Origin: Candidatus Saccharimonadota bacterium
GTDB taxonomy: Archaea; Nanobdellota; Nanobdellia; Pacearchaeales; GW2011-AR1
Direction of reading: 5' to 3'
Length of the DNA stretch: 32,000 nt
NCBI GenBank assembly: GCA_049511795.1
Contig: JBEKXS010000001.1
Location: 330,001 to 362,000, forward strand
This document shows, piece by piece, positions 7,599 to 17,014 of this stretch. The stretch's first letter is position 1; each line of letters opens with the position of its first letter. The position numbers and the translations under genes are program-made. The notes below the pieces were generated by a model. It searched no databases and had not been told where the DNA came from. It saw only the letters and a list, made by a program, of their open reading frames with translations.

Positions 7599-9881
7599 AT
7601 GGCTGAACAAGAGGTGAAAATAGGTAGCTATGAAGTAAAAAGAGAAGGTGGAGAAGATATTCTTTACATAAATTATCTTGGCGCTCCATTTGTGCCAAAC
7701 ATTGCTGATTCGCCTGATGTTATGGCTAAAACAATTGATGCTCTTATAGAAAACCCAAATGCTTCAAGGGTTGTTTTTGTTCAGCAGAAAAATTATAATT
7801 ACAATCTTGAGGAAACGTCAATGCTTCTTGAGATTGCACAACTTTACAATTATTTTTCAAAACAGGAAAGACTTCTTTCCAGAGAAAAAATAGGAGGAAT
7901 TGAACAATTCTTCCCACAAAGATACAATGAAATTTTCACATTCATTATGCTTCTGAAACAGGACCCTCTTGCATCTTATTTTGAAATGAAAAAAATCCTG
8001 ATAAACGCAAGGATTCTTTTGGAAAGTTTGGGAACAAGATACAAAATTGACCAAGCAGGATATATCAATCTTATTGAAAGAACTATTTCCTTGCTTGAGA
8101 ATACTGTTTTAATTCAGAAAGCAATGCCCTGGCTTTCTGACTACAGGAAAGGAGATAGAGAAATTTATGGAAGAATTTTCAGTCCTGATGTAATACCAAA
8201 TTTCACATTCACAAGACTTGTTTCAGATCTTCCGGAAGACGCAGAAATAATTGACCAGTATGAAATTTCCGGAGAAGAATATGATGTATCGCTTGTTACA
8301 ATCCTCAAAAAAATAGATGAACCAAAGTTAATTTATCATGTGATACCCCCAGAAAATGCATTAAGCGAGGATCATTCTGACTTATTGAATACTGCAAGAA
8401 AGGTTCTTATTGAACACCAACCAAAGGCAGAAGAATTTACAGACACTGAAAGAACAAGACAGGTTTTTTTCAATATTTCAAAAGATTTGTTGCAGGATTT
8501 AAGCCAAAGCAAAAGAATAAATGTAAATTACTCTGATTTGAACAAACTTGCGACAATTCTTGTAAGACACACAATTGGATTTGGACTTATTGAAGTCCTT
8601 CTTCAGGATAAAAAATTGCAAGATATTTCTCTTAATGCTCCTATTTCAATGATTCCTATTTTTGTAAGACACCAAGATTATGATGAATGCATCTCTAATA
8701 TTTTGCCAAGTCAGGAAGATACTGACTCATGGGCTGCAAAATTCAGATTGATTTCTGGAAGACCTTTAGATGAAGCAAATCCAATTCTTGATACGCAGCT
8801 TGAAATAGGAAAAATAAGAGCAAGAATAGCGATAATACAGAGACCATTGAGCCCTGATGGACTTGCTTATGCTATCAGAAGGCACAGAGAAGAGCCATGG
8901 ACACTTCCTTTGTTTGTGCAGAACAAGATGATGAATTCTTTCACAGCAGGTCTTATGAGTTTTTTGATTGATGGCTCAAGAACAATGCTTATTGCAGGAA
9001 CAAGGAGCTCTGGAAAAACAAGTATTTTGGGAAGCTTGATGCTTGAAATAATTCCAAAATACAGAATTATTGTAATTGAGGATTCTTTGGAACTTCCTGT
9101 TGAATCTCTAAGAGAATTAAAATATGATATTTTAAGAATGAAAGTAAGAAGCGCACTGCTGAAAACAACAACAGAAGTTTCTGCAGACGATGGAATAAGA
9201 ACAAGTCTTAGGTTGGGAGACAGCTGTTTGATAATTGGTGAAGTCAGAAGTTTGGAAGCTCAGGCACTTTACGAAGCAATGAGAGTAGGTGCTTTGGCAA
9301 ATGTTGTTGCAGGAACGATTCATGGAGCAAGCCCTTATGCTGTTTTTGATAGGGTTGTTAATGACCTTGATGTGCCAACAACAAGTTTCAAGGCAACAGA
9401 TATCATAGCTGTTGCAAATCCGATAAAAACTCCAGATGGATTGCACCAGTTCAAAAGGCTTGTGCAACTTTCTGAAGTAAGAAAAGAATGGGACAAAGAT
9501 CCTCTTGAAGAAAAGGGTTTTGTTGATTTGCTGAGATACAATGTAGAGAAAGATGAGCTGGAGCCAACAGAGGATTTGATAAACGGCGACAGCGAAATTG
9601 TGAAAGATATTGCCTCAAATGTCAGGGGCTGGGCAGGAAACTGGGATGCTGTTTATGACAATATTCTTTTAAGAGCAAAAGTTAAGCAGGAAGTAGTCGA
9701 TGTTGCAGAAAAAACAAAGAATTACAAAATTTTGGAAGCTGGCTTTAACACAGAAGCAAATCATGCATTTCATAGAATTTCAGATAATATCGTACAAGAA
9801 ATAGGACTGCCTTTAGGTGAAAGAGTTTTTCCAGAATGGCAGAAATGGCTCAATCAGAAAATCAAAGGAAAGAGCATATAA
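7599..9881 (+). CDS. Type II/IV secretion-family ATPase (archaeal PilB/FlaI-like) with a long N-terminal extension
   Basis: Walker A GTRSSGKTS, Walker B IIVIEDSLEL, and IIGEVRSLEA. 760 aa, with the P-loop near residue 470. Confidence 0.85.
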   Translation: MAEQEVKIGSYEVKREGGEDILYINYLGAPFVPNIADSPDVMAKTIDALIENPNASRVVFVQQKNYNYNLEETSMLLEIAQLYNYFSKQERLLSREKIGGIEQFFPQRYNEIFTFIMLLKQDPLASYFEMKKILINARILLESLGTRYKIDQAGYINLIERTISLLENTVLIQKAMPWLSDYRKGDREIYGRIFSPDVIPNFTFTRLVSDLPEDAEIIDQYEISGEEYDVSLVTILKKIDEPKLIYHVIPPENALSEDHSDLLNTARKVLIEHQPKAEEFTDTERTRQVFFNISKDLLQDLSQSKRINVNYSDLNKLATILVRHTIGFGLIEVLLQDKKLQDISLNAPISMIPIFVRHQDYDECISNILPSQEDTDSWAAKFRLISGRPLDEANPILDTQLEIGKIRARIAIIQRPLSPDGLAYAIRRHREEPWTLPLFVQNKMMNSFTAGLMSFLIDGSRTMLIAGTRSSGKTSILGSLMLEIIPKYRIIVIEDSLELPVESLRELKYDILRMKVRSALLKTTTEVSADDGIRTSLRLGDSCLIIGEVRSLEAQALYEAMRVGALANVVAGTIHGASPYAVFDRVVNDLDVPTTSFKATDIIAVANPIKTPDGLHQFKRLVQLSEVRKEWDKDPLEEKGFVDLLRYNVEKDELEPTEDLINGDSEIVKDIASNVRGWAGNWDAVYDNILLRAKVKQEVVDVAEKTKNYKILEAGFNTEANHAFHRISDNIVQEIGLPLGERVFPEWQKWLNQKIKGKSI

Positions 9882-9953
9882 AACTTGTTTTTACTTCTAA
9901 AGATTTATTAATTGTTTTTGACTGTAATTACCATCTATAAAAAGTGGTGAAAA

Positions 9954-12122
9954 ATGGTTCCTGCAAAAGATATTGATGAAATTATTGAAAAATATAAAGG
10001 TAAAATAGAAACGCAGCTGGATACTTATGAGGAAAAAGATGTTGACTACACGCAGGAATATGTAAAATTCAAGAACGAGATGTCTCCAGAGATTTCAAGA
10101 TACGAACGTTGGGCAAAAAGTCTTGGAAATGTGATTAAGCTTAAGATTTCTGACAAAGATGCTGCAGTTGTTAAAAAAAATCTCGATATTGCTCATCTTG
10201 ACTTAGAGCCATGGCAGCCTGTTACTCTTAGTGTTATGGCTTTTATGAGCGTTCTTCTTCTTGGTGTTTTGATTTCTGTTGCATGGCTTCTTATTTCAGG
10301 AGGTTTTCCATTCCTTTTCTTTTTGCTTGTCTTGATGTTTTGTTTCTTTGTATTTTATTTTGTAAATGGTTATCCTGCAAGACTTGCAAATTCATGGAGG
10401 TTGAAAGCAAGCAGCCAAATGGTTCCTGCAATACTTTATATAGTTGTTTACATGAGGCATACATCAAATCTTGAAAGAGCTGTTGCATTTGCTTCAGAGC
10501 ATCTTGAATATCCTCTTGCCCTTGATTTCAAAAAAGTTTTTTATGATGTGCAAATAGGAAAATTCCCAACAATAAAAGATAGCCTTGACAATTATCTTGA
10601 AACATGGAGAGACTATTCAATTGAGTTCATAGAATCGTTCCATCTTATTGAAAACAGTCTTTTTGAGCCAGATGATGCAAGAAGAATACAAACGCTAGAG
10701 AAAGCATTGACTGTTGTTCTTGATGGTGTTTATGAAAAAATGCTTAGATTCACCTATGAAGTGAAAAACCCATTGACAAACGTTTACATGCTTGGAGTTG
10801 TTCTTCCAACACTTGGACTTGCTCTTCTTCCATTGGCTTCTGCAATGCTTGGAGGATTGTTAACATGGGTTCATGTTTTTATCTTATTTGATTTAATAAT
10901 CCCATTCTTGGTTTTTTATCTGACAGACAAAGTTTTATTCTTAAGGCCTGGCGGAAATGGAGAATCAAACCTTCTTGAAAAAAATCCATTATATCCTAAG
11001 TATAATAGCAAAAAACCTTATATCAAAGCATTTCTGATTACCTTTCCTCTCTTGCTGATTGGTTTGCTGCCATTTATTTTCCAGTTTACCCCGATCCCCG
11101 GAGCACTTGGCATTCCAAATGATTTCACTTTTTCACAATTAGGATTAGGTTTGATTGGCGGCGATGCAAAATTCTTTGATTTCAGGACAAATGATGCGGG
11201 CGGGCTTGTAGGACCATTTGGAATTGGGGCATTGTTATTAAGCATGCTAATTCCATTGAGCATTGCATTATTTTTCTCAATGGCATACAAAGAAAAAACA
11301 AAAGAGCTAATAATTGAAAGGAAGAAAACAAACCAACTTGAAGATGAATTTAATAATTCTTTATTCCAACTTGGAAACACAATTGGAAATGGAACACCTC
11401 CTGAAATAGCATTCGGAAAAGTTGCAGAAGCTTCAAAAGGTCTGATGACAGAGGATTTCTTCAACAGAGTTAATTATAATATAAGGCAAATGGGTATGAG
11501 CATTGAAAGAGCATTATTTGATTCAAAAAGAGGAGCTGTAATTTACTATCCTTCTGATTTAATTTCAACGAGTATGAAAATACTTGTTGAGGCTTCCAAA
11601 AAAGGATTGCAGATTGCAGCATTAAGCTTGATGAGCATCTCTGAATATGTTAAAAACATGAACAAAGTCACTGCAAGGCTTAAAGATTTGCTTGCAGAAG
11701 TTATTTCTGACATGAAATCAAACATGTCTTTCCTTGCTCCTTTGCTTTCAGGTGTTGTTGTTGGCTTAGCTGCAATGATAACATCTATTTTAGTCAAACT
11801 AGATATAATAAAATCAATTGGAGGAAGCGCTGCGCAAAGTTTGGGAAGTTTAGGAAATATAGTCAGTATATTCCAAGTGTCTAACATGATTCCTCCATAC
11901 TTTTTGCAGGTAATAATTGGAATTTATCTTATTGAAATTGTATTTATCTTAACTCGTGCCCTTGTTGTTATAGATTCAGGAGAAGACAAGCTTGAGAGGA
12001 CAAGCAAGACAGGAAAAAATCTCACGAGCGCGATTCTTCTTTACACAATAACTGCATTCTTGTCAGTGATTGCCCTATTTATTCTTGTATCAATAGTTGT
12101 CGGTAACTTGGGTGCTGCATAA
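9954..12122 (+). CDS. Polytopic membrane platform protein (FlaJ/PilC/TadC-like)
   Basis: 722 aa with alternating soluble segments and TM clusters. Lies immediately downstream of the ATPase and is preceded by a GGTGA Shine-Dalgarno-like motif. The call rests mainly on context and topology. Confidence 0.6.
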   Translation: MVPAKDIDEIIEKYKGKIETQLDTYEEKDVDYTQEYVKFKNEMSPEISRYERWAKSLGNVIKLKISDKDAAVVKKNLDIAHLDLEPWQPVTLSVMAFMSVLLLGVLISVAWLLISGGFPFLFFLLVLMFCFFVFYFVNGYPARLANSWRLKASSQMVPAILYIVVYMRHTSNLERAVAFASEHLEYPLALDFKKVFYDVQIGKFPTIKDSLDNYLETWRDYSIEFIESFHLIENSLFEPDDARRIQTLEKALTVVLDGVYEKMLRFTYEVKNPLTNVYMLGVVLPTLGLALLPLASAMLGGLLTWVHVFILFDLIIPFLVFYLTDKVLFLRPGGNGESNLLEKNPLYPKYNSKKPYIKAFLITFPLLLIGLLPFIFQFTPIPGALGIPNDFTFSQLGLGLIGGDAKFFDFRTNDAGGLVGPFGIGALLLSMLIPLSIALFFSMAYKEKTKELIIERKKTNQLEDEFNNSLFQLGNTIGNGTPPEIAFGKVAEASKGLMTEDFFNRVNYNIRQMGMSIERALFDSKRGAVIYYPSDLISTSMKILVEASKKGLQIAALSLMSISEYVKNMNKVTARLKDLLAEVISDMKSNMSFLAPLLSGVVVGLAAMITSILVKLDIIKSIGGSAAQSLGSLGNIVSIFQVSNMIPPYFLQVIIGIYLIEIVFILTRALVVIDSGEDKLERTSKTGKNLTSAILLYTITAFLSVIALFILVSIVVGNLGAA

Positions 12123-12160
12123 GAAAAAACATTTATTAACTATTGTTATTTTTATTGGAT

Positions 12161-12325
12161 ATGCATGAAAAAAGAGGCCGAAATAAGAAAAAAGGCATTG
12201 TTTCTGATTATTTGCCTTGGCTGCTGATAGCTATTGCAATTCTTGTTATATTAATGATTGCAATTTTTGTACTGAAGAATCAGGGAACTTCACTCATAGA
12301 CAAAATAAAAGGGATCTTTGGATAA
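12161..12325 (+). CDS. Mini prepilin-like protein
   Basis: MHEKRGRNKKKG followed by IVSDYLPWLLIAIAILVILMIAIFVL: a basic leader ending in KKKG plus a hydrophobic helix. Start moved to the ATG at 12161. Confidence 0.4.
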   Translation: MHEKRGRNKKKGIVSDYLPWLLIAIAILVILMIAIFVLKNQGTSLIDKIKGIFG

Positions 12326-12326
12326 A

Positions 12327-12494
12327 ATGCTGACAGAAGAGCAACTGATAAAAATTATTCTTGGGATTCTTGTTTTTGTAGCAGTTGTTGTTGGGGTTTA
12401 TCTTATTTTTAAGAATAACATTTTGGATTTTTTCAATAACCTGGGAGGAAATGCAACAAATACTGGAGGATTAATTATTTCATTGATAAAATAA
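12327..12494 (+). CDS. 55-aa single-pass membrane peptide (not in the ORF track)
   Basis: MLTEEQLIKIILGILVFVAVVVGVYLIF... Hand-translated. ATG is 1 nt after the previous stop, and its stop lies 1 nt before the next ATG. Confidence 0.35.
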   Translation: MLTEEQLIKIILGILVFVAVVVGVYLIFKNNILDFFNNLGGNATNTGGLIISLIK

Positions 12495-12495
12495 A

Positions 12496-12972
12496 ATGAG
12501 CAAAAAAGGATTTCTTCTTGCAGAGGAGACATTAAAGATAATAATTGCCATTATTGCAATTGGATTTCTGGTTTATTTTCTTGTTTCACTTTACTTGTCT
12601 GCTAAAACATCTGCTGAATCAGAACAGGCTAAAGCAACTTTGCCATTTATCATAAATGCGATAAACCAATCAAGCTCAAGTGTGGATATTTACAATCCAA
12701 AAGGGTGGATTATTGGAATATGGCCGCATGCAGTAACCTCTGGCTTTGGGCCATTTCAATCAACTCAAATCGAAAATCCTAAAACATGTAACAATATAGG
12801 ACTGCAAACATGCATATGTATTTGCAGTTCAGACAGCGCAGACAGTTGCAATAGCAATGGGGTTTGTGCAGACAATATGGGCTTTTCAATACAAGGAACA
12901 TCTATAACAATAAATAACCCCCCAACGACTCTTATTATTGACAAAACAACTAAAACAATAAGCAAAAAATAA
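12496..12972 (+). CDS. Prepilin-like protein with a Cys-rich C-terminal domain
   Basis: MSKKG then FLLAEETLKIIIAIIAIGFLVYFLV (class III signal-peptide pattern, Glu at +5). C-terminal part CNNIGLQTCICICSSDSADSCNSNGVCADN. Confidence 0.6.
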   Translation: MSKKGFLLAEETLKIIIAIIAIGFLVYFLVSLYLSAKTSAESEQAKATLPFIINAINQSSSSVDIYNPKGWIIGIWPHAVTSGFGPFQSTQIENPKTCNNIGLQTCICICSSDSADSCNSNGVCADNMGFSIQGTSITINNPPTTLIIDKTTKTISKK

Positions 12973-12975
12973 AAA

Positions 12976-13077
12976 ATGGATTTAGATGAGATAATGAAGT
13001 ATGTAATATGGATAATTTTTTTTGCAGTTGTACTTGTTGGATTGTATTTATTGCTTAAAAGACTAGGAATCATGTAA
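12976..13077 (+). CDS. 33-aa single-pass membrane peptide (not in the ORF track)
   Basis: MDLDEIMKYVIWIIFFAVVLVGLYLLLKRLGIM, hand-translated. Packed between two pilin-like genes. Confidence 0.3.
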   Translation: MDLDEIMKYVIWIIFFAVVLVGLYLLLKRLGIM

Positions 13078-13085
13078 ATAATAAA

Positions 13086-13832
13086 ATGAAAAAAATTGAA
13101 CTTAAAAACAAAAAAGGTGAACTAACAACACAGGAAATTGTTATACTTATAGTATTAATTATTAGTTTTGTTATAATCCTCTTTTTATTACTTAGATTGA
13201 ATTTAGGAGGAACAACAAATGAAGAAATCTGCCATAATTCTGTTGTTTTGAATGGCCAATCAAGTCTTGCTTCAGGACCATTAAATTGCAAAACAGACTA
13301 TCTTTGCATTTCAGGAGGTAGTAGCAACTGTATTAATTTTTTTTCATCAAACAAAATAAGCGTTGTGCAAAACAATAAAACACAAGTAATGAAAGTACTT
13401 GCTGATAAAATGTCTACATGCTGGTCTGAATTCGGAGAAGGACAGATTGATTACGCAAGTGGAAGTGTATTTGGAAATAAACTATGCGCTCTTTGTTCAA
13501 TTGTCAATTTTGATTCAAGCCTTAAGAATTCCCAAATTTCTTATAAAGATTTTTATACCTATTTACAAACAACAAAGAAAACAGATACCCAGACATATTT
13601 GCAGTATCTTTATTCCACAAATAATCTGGATGATTTCAACAGTTTTTATTTAACAAATTATTTATCAAATAGCATAGACACAAGCAAGGAATATTTCATA
13701 CTAACTGGGATATCAAAAAAATCTGTTTGGGGCTTGTTTGGAAAGGCAAACCAGATTCCTGTTACAATAATGGAAAAGACTCCTGAAAATTATAATACAA
13801 TAGGCTGTGACCAATTTATAACGAAAGCTTAA
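13086..13832 (+). CDS. Prepilin-like protein (large, Cys-containing)
   Basis: MKKIELKNKKG then ELTTQEIVILIVLIISFVIILFLLL; 248 aa. Confidence 0.6.
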   Translation: MKKIELKNKKGELTTQEIVILIVLIISFVIILFLLLRLNLGGTTNEEICHNSVVLNGQSSLASGPLNCKTDYLCISGGSSNCINFFSSNKISVVQNNKTQVMKVLADKMSTCWSEFGEGQIDYASGSVFGNKLCALCSIVNFDSSLKNSQISYKDFYTYLQTTKKTDTQTYLQYLYSTNNLDDFNSFYLTNYLSNSIDTSKEYFILTGISKKSVWGLFGKANQIPVTIMEKTPENYNTIGCDQFITKA

Positions 13833-13833
13833 A

Positions 13834-14235
13834 ATGATAAAAGCGAGAAAAGGCAATATACTTACTGAAAATGTGATTTTTATTGTACTTAATCTTGTTT
13901 TTATCGCAATTCTCCTTGTTTTTATCTTTTTGAAAGCAGGAAGCGCTGCTGTTCTTGAGGAAAAATATGCAAAACAAATAGCTTTAGCAATTGATTCTGC
14001 TGAACCGGGAATGGTAATACACCTTAATATGCAGGATGCACTTAGCACTGCGAAAAGCAATGGCATCCAACCTGTAGCAGCAGTAAGAATAATTGGAAAC
14101 GTTGTTACAGTTAAACTTAGGGATAATGGGGGTTATAGCTATTCTTTCTTCAATAATCTTAATTTTGATAATGGAATATCAAAATATCATCCTGATGAAA
14201 CTAGCACAGGATTTGTCTTTATAATTGGAGGATAA
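13834..14235 (+). CDS. Prepilin-like protein
   Basis: MIKARKG then NILTENVIFIVLNLVFIAILLVFIFL. Confidence 0.6.
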   Translation: MIKARKGNILTENVIFIVLNLVFIAILLVFIFLKAGSAAVLEEKYAKQIALAIDSAEPGMVIHLNMQDALSTAKSNGIQPVAAVRIIGNVVTVKLRDNGGYSYSFFNNLNFDNGISKYHPDETSTGFVFIIGG

Positions 14236-14236
14236 A

Positions 14237-14752
14237 ATGAAAAACAAAAAAGGAGCTGACAAAGTAATTTCAGTATACTGGTTTTTCATACTTTTTTTAG
14301 TGGCAGCTGCTATTGTTTACATGGTTTCCTCTTTTTACGGAAAACCATATGACGTAAGGAGCATTGAAGCAGGCTTGCTTGCAGACAAGGCATCTGATTG
14401 CGTTTCTTATGCAGGATATTTGAGAGATGGAGTTTTAACCCCTGATTTTCAACAGAACATACTTACAAAATGCAATTTAAATTTTAATACAGAAGATATT
14501 TATGACTGGAAACAGCAAGGGCAATATTTTTTAGATATAAGCTTTTACAAGTTCACTACTTATCCAACTAATCCAAATTTATTGTTTGAAGCTTCTGCAG
14601 GAAATTCAAATTTAAAAGATTTTTGCGGCATTAGTGGTGATACTAATCCTTTTTGTCTTCAAAGAGAATTTTATACTATAGACAAAACAGGGAATCAATA
14701 TGCAATAAAAATAACAGCTGTTGTAAGGAAGACTGAAAAAAATGTACAATAA
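14237..14752 (+). CDS. Prepilin-like protein
   Basis: MKNKKG then ADKVISVYWFFILFLVAAAIVYMV. A GGAGG lies upstream of the ATG at 14237, which is preferred over the listed 14225. Confidence 0.6.
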   Translation: MKNKKGADKVISVYWFFILFLVAAAIVYMVSSFYGKPYDVRSIEAGLLADKASDCVSYAGYLRDGVLTPDFQQNILTKCNLNFNTEDIYDWKQQGQYFLDISFYKFTTYPTNPNLLFEASAGNSNLKDFCGISGDTNPFCLQREFYTIDKTGNQYAIKITAVVRKTEKNVQ

Positions 14753-15290
14753 TCTTAGAAAAAACAAAAAAGCGCAGGTAGGAGATACAATGACATGGGT
14801 GGTTGCAACAATAATAATTATAATTATATTAGGAATTTCAATTTTCATTGCTTCAAATTATTTAGGGAATATAAAGAAGATAACAACGCCTTCTGGCCAG
14901 ACATATGATATCCCCATTGCAAAATCATTTTATTCCTATCTTTTGACAAAAAATGATGCAGGCCAGTCAGTTTATTCTCAACTGCAAGCAGATAAAAATC
15001 TTAATGATTTTAACGGAAATTTGTCCCTTGATTTGTTTAATGGACAAAGAAAGATTAAAACTTATCAAGGAGCTGGTATTGAAGGCACATTGCTCTCTGT
15101 CAATACAGTTTGGGTTGGCGTAATGAATTATACTACACAAAGCTCTTATGGGATAGTAAACAAATATTTTGGAAGTCAGGGAGTTAAATCCCCCACAGCG
15201 ACAGATTTGATATCTGAATCATTTTGGCTTGATGCAAATCAGAACCAATCTATAAATTTAATCGTTACAAATAATCCGCCAACAAAATGA
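14742..15290 (+). CDS. Prepilin-like protein
   Basis: MYNNLRKNKKA then QVGDTMTWVVATIIIIIILGISIFIA. Overlaps the previous gene by 11 nt. Confidence 0.55.
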   Translation: MYNNLRKNKKAQVGDTMTWVVATIIIIIILGISIFIASNYLGNIKKITTPSGQTYDIPIAKSFYSYLLTKNDAGQSVYSQLQADKNLNDFNGNLSLDLFNGQRKIKTYQGAGIEGTLLSVNTVWVGVMNYTTQSSYGIVNKYFGSQGVKSPTATDLISESFWLDANQNQSINLIVTNNPPTK

Positions 15291-15628
15291 TGAAACTAAT
15301 GAAAAATAAAAAAGGAGACATACCTGTCACAATTCTTGTACTTGGAATAGTATTGATTTGCATACTTACTATTGCTAGTTTTTATGTTTCTGCACTAATC
15401 ATGAAGAGCAATTTTGATATAGGGGCAATTAAACAAGTAAAACTTATGAGAGAAAAAATAGATGTTTATCAAAATCTTGGAATTCCCGAACCACAGGCTG
15501 AGATTATCATGGGAGTAAAAACTTTAGCACAGGGAAATGCCCAGATAAAATACCTATCTGTTGATTATGGATATATTGCAGTAAATTACACAGTTTCTTC
15601 AGTTAACTCCCCTTCGCCGGTTCCTTGA
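15287..15628 (+). CDS. Prepilin-like protein
   Basis: MMKLMKNKKG then DIPVTILVLGIVLICILTIASF. ATGA overlap with the previous gene. Confidence 0.6.
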   Translation: MMKLMKNKKGDIPVTILVLGIVLICILTIASFYVSALIMKSNFDIGAIKQVKLMREKIDVYQNLGIPEPQAEIIMGVKTLAQGNAQIKYLSVDYGYIAVNYTVSSVNSPSPVP

Positions 15629-15635
15629 TAAAAAC

Positions 15636-15645
15636 ATTTTTAAAC
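15636..15645 (+). promoter_or_regulatory. TATA box (ATTTTTAAAC) about 25 nt upstream of the ATG at 15666
   Basis: This is the only intergenic gap (37 nt) within the pilin run, and it carries its own A/T box. Confidence 0.4.
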
Positions 15646-15665
15646 AAAATAAACCTGAATTAAAT

Positions 15666-16001
15666 ATGGAAAGCAAAAGAGGTCAGGAGCTAAGCACAAA
15701 CGCAATTATTATGATTGTTATTGGAATAATTGTTCTTGTTGTTCTTGTTCTTGGATTTACAATAGGCTGGGATAAACTTCTTCCATTCTTTTCAACAAAC
15801 AATGTTCAGAATTTGCAGACAACATGCAATTCAGCATGCGCACAAGGGGACCAGTACAATTTCTGCGCTCTCCCAAGAACTGTTAATGATGGTGTAAATC
15901 CTAAGTTTACAGATAGCTGTTTCAATTTATCTACAAAAGCACAATACACTAGCAGAAACTATGGTATAACGCCGTGCTCATCAATAACTTGCAGCTCTTA
16001 A
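15666..16001 (+). CDS. Prepilin, candidate major pilin
   Basis: MESKRG then QELSTNAIIMIVIGIIVLVVLVLGF (an RGQ-type archaeal class III site). 111 aa, seven Cys in the globular part, own promoter. Confidence 0.65.
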   Translation: MESKRGQELSTNAIIMIVIGIIVLVVLVLGFTIGWDKLLPFFSTNNVQNLQTTCNSACAQGDQYNFCALPRTVNDGVNPKFTDSCFNLSTKAQYTSRNYGITPCSSITCSS

Positions 16002-16168
16002 TTATTATCTGAAATATTTTTAAAGAAACTTCTTCTTAATGTTTTATGGACTATGGATTTTCTGAAAGAAGGAATAAAAGAAAGGTAAAAAAGAAGGAAA
16101 ACAAGAAATACCCTTATAAGAAAGGCGGCGGGTATAGGGTAAGGGAAACTGAGGTAAAGAGGTAGATT

Positions 16169-17014
16169 ATGTTTGAAATTATATTTTTGTTTGTTCTCGG
16201 GCTTGCTTGGATTATCTTTGCGACTGTCCAGGATGTGAGGACAAAGGAAATAGCGAACTGGCTTAACTTTTCGCTAATTATTTTTGCTCTTGGCTTCAGA
16301 TTTTTTTATTCACTCTTTTTTGCAGGCAATTTCAGCTTTTTTTATCAAGGTCTTATAGGATTTGTAATTTTTATTATTCTTGGGAATCTTCTTTATTATG
16401 GAAGAATGTTTGCAGGTGGTGATGCAAAACTTCTCATTGCTCTTGGTCCAGTAATTCCATTTTCAGATGCTTTCTCTGTAAATCTTGGAAGTCTTATGGT
16501 GTTTTTACTTGTTTTCCTTTTCACAGGAGCTATTTACAGCATAATTGTAAGCATTAGCCTAGGAATAAGAAACAGGAAGAAATTTGGAAAAGAATTCAGA
16601 AAACAGTTTAAGATGGGAAAAAGAATAATTATTTCATTCCTAATATTCAGCATAATACTTATTGTTTTGAGTTATTTAGATGGATTGTTTTTGTATTTGG
16701 GAATACTAACGTTTATTCTGCCTTATCTTTATATTTATGCAAAAAGTGTTGATGAAATTTCAATGGTAAGGGATGTTCCTGTTTTTTCTTTAAGAGAAGG
16801 AGATTGGCTTTATCATGACATTCATGTTGGAAAGAAGACAATAAAAGCAAATTGGGATGGATTGAGCAGGGGAGATATAACTTTGCTAAGAAAAAAACGC
16901 GAAAAAGGGAAAGTAAAAATAAGAGAAGGCGTTTTTTTCACGCCCGTCTTTTTGATTAGCTATGTTGTTTTCTTCTATTTGTGGAACAAAGGATTAGGGT
17001 ATTCTTTTTGGTAG
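16169..17014 (+). CDS. Type IV prepilin/preflagellin peptidase (A24 family, PibD/EppA/FlaK-like)
   Basis: Polytopic. First catalytic Asp context ATVQDVRTKEIANW and second FAGGDAKLLIALG (the GxGD-type motif). Confidence 0.8.
   Translation: MFEIIFLFVLGLAWIIFATVQDVRTKEIANWLNFSLIIFALGFRFFYSLFFAGNFSFFYQGLIGFVIFIILGNLLYYGRMFAGGDAKLLIALGPVIPFSDAFSVNLGSLMVFLLVFLFTGAIYSIIVSISLGIRNRKKFGKEFRKQFKMGKRIIISFLIFSIILIVLSYLDGLFLYLGILTFILPYLYIYAKSVDEISMVRDVPVFSLREGDWLYHDIHVGKKTIKANWDGLSRGDITLLRKKREKGKVKIREGVFFTPVFLISYVVFFYLWNKGLGYSFW

Noticed and set aside
11018-11464. Antisense ORFs inside the platform, RadA and RecJ genes (11018-11464, 19239-19721, 24069-24593)
   Set aside because: In each case the opposite strand carries a confidently recognised protein, and these ORFs have skewed composition and no motifs.
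16046-16165. 39-aa highly basic ORF (MDYGFSERRNKRKVKKKENKKYPYKKGGGYRVRETEVKR) between the major pilin and the peptidase genes
   Set aside because: It is too short and low-complexity to support as a gene. The purine-rich stretch may simply be the Shine-Dalgarno/5' region of the peptidase gene. It would need conservation or ribosome-profiling evidence.
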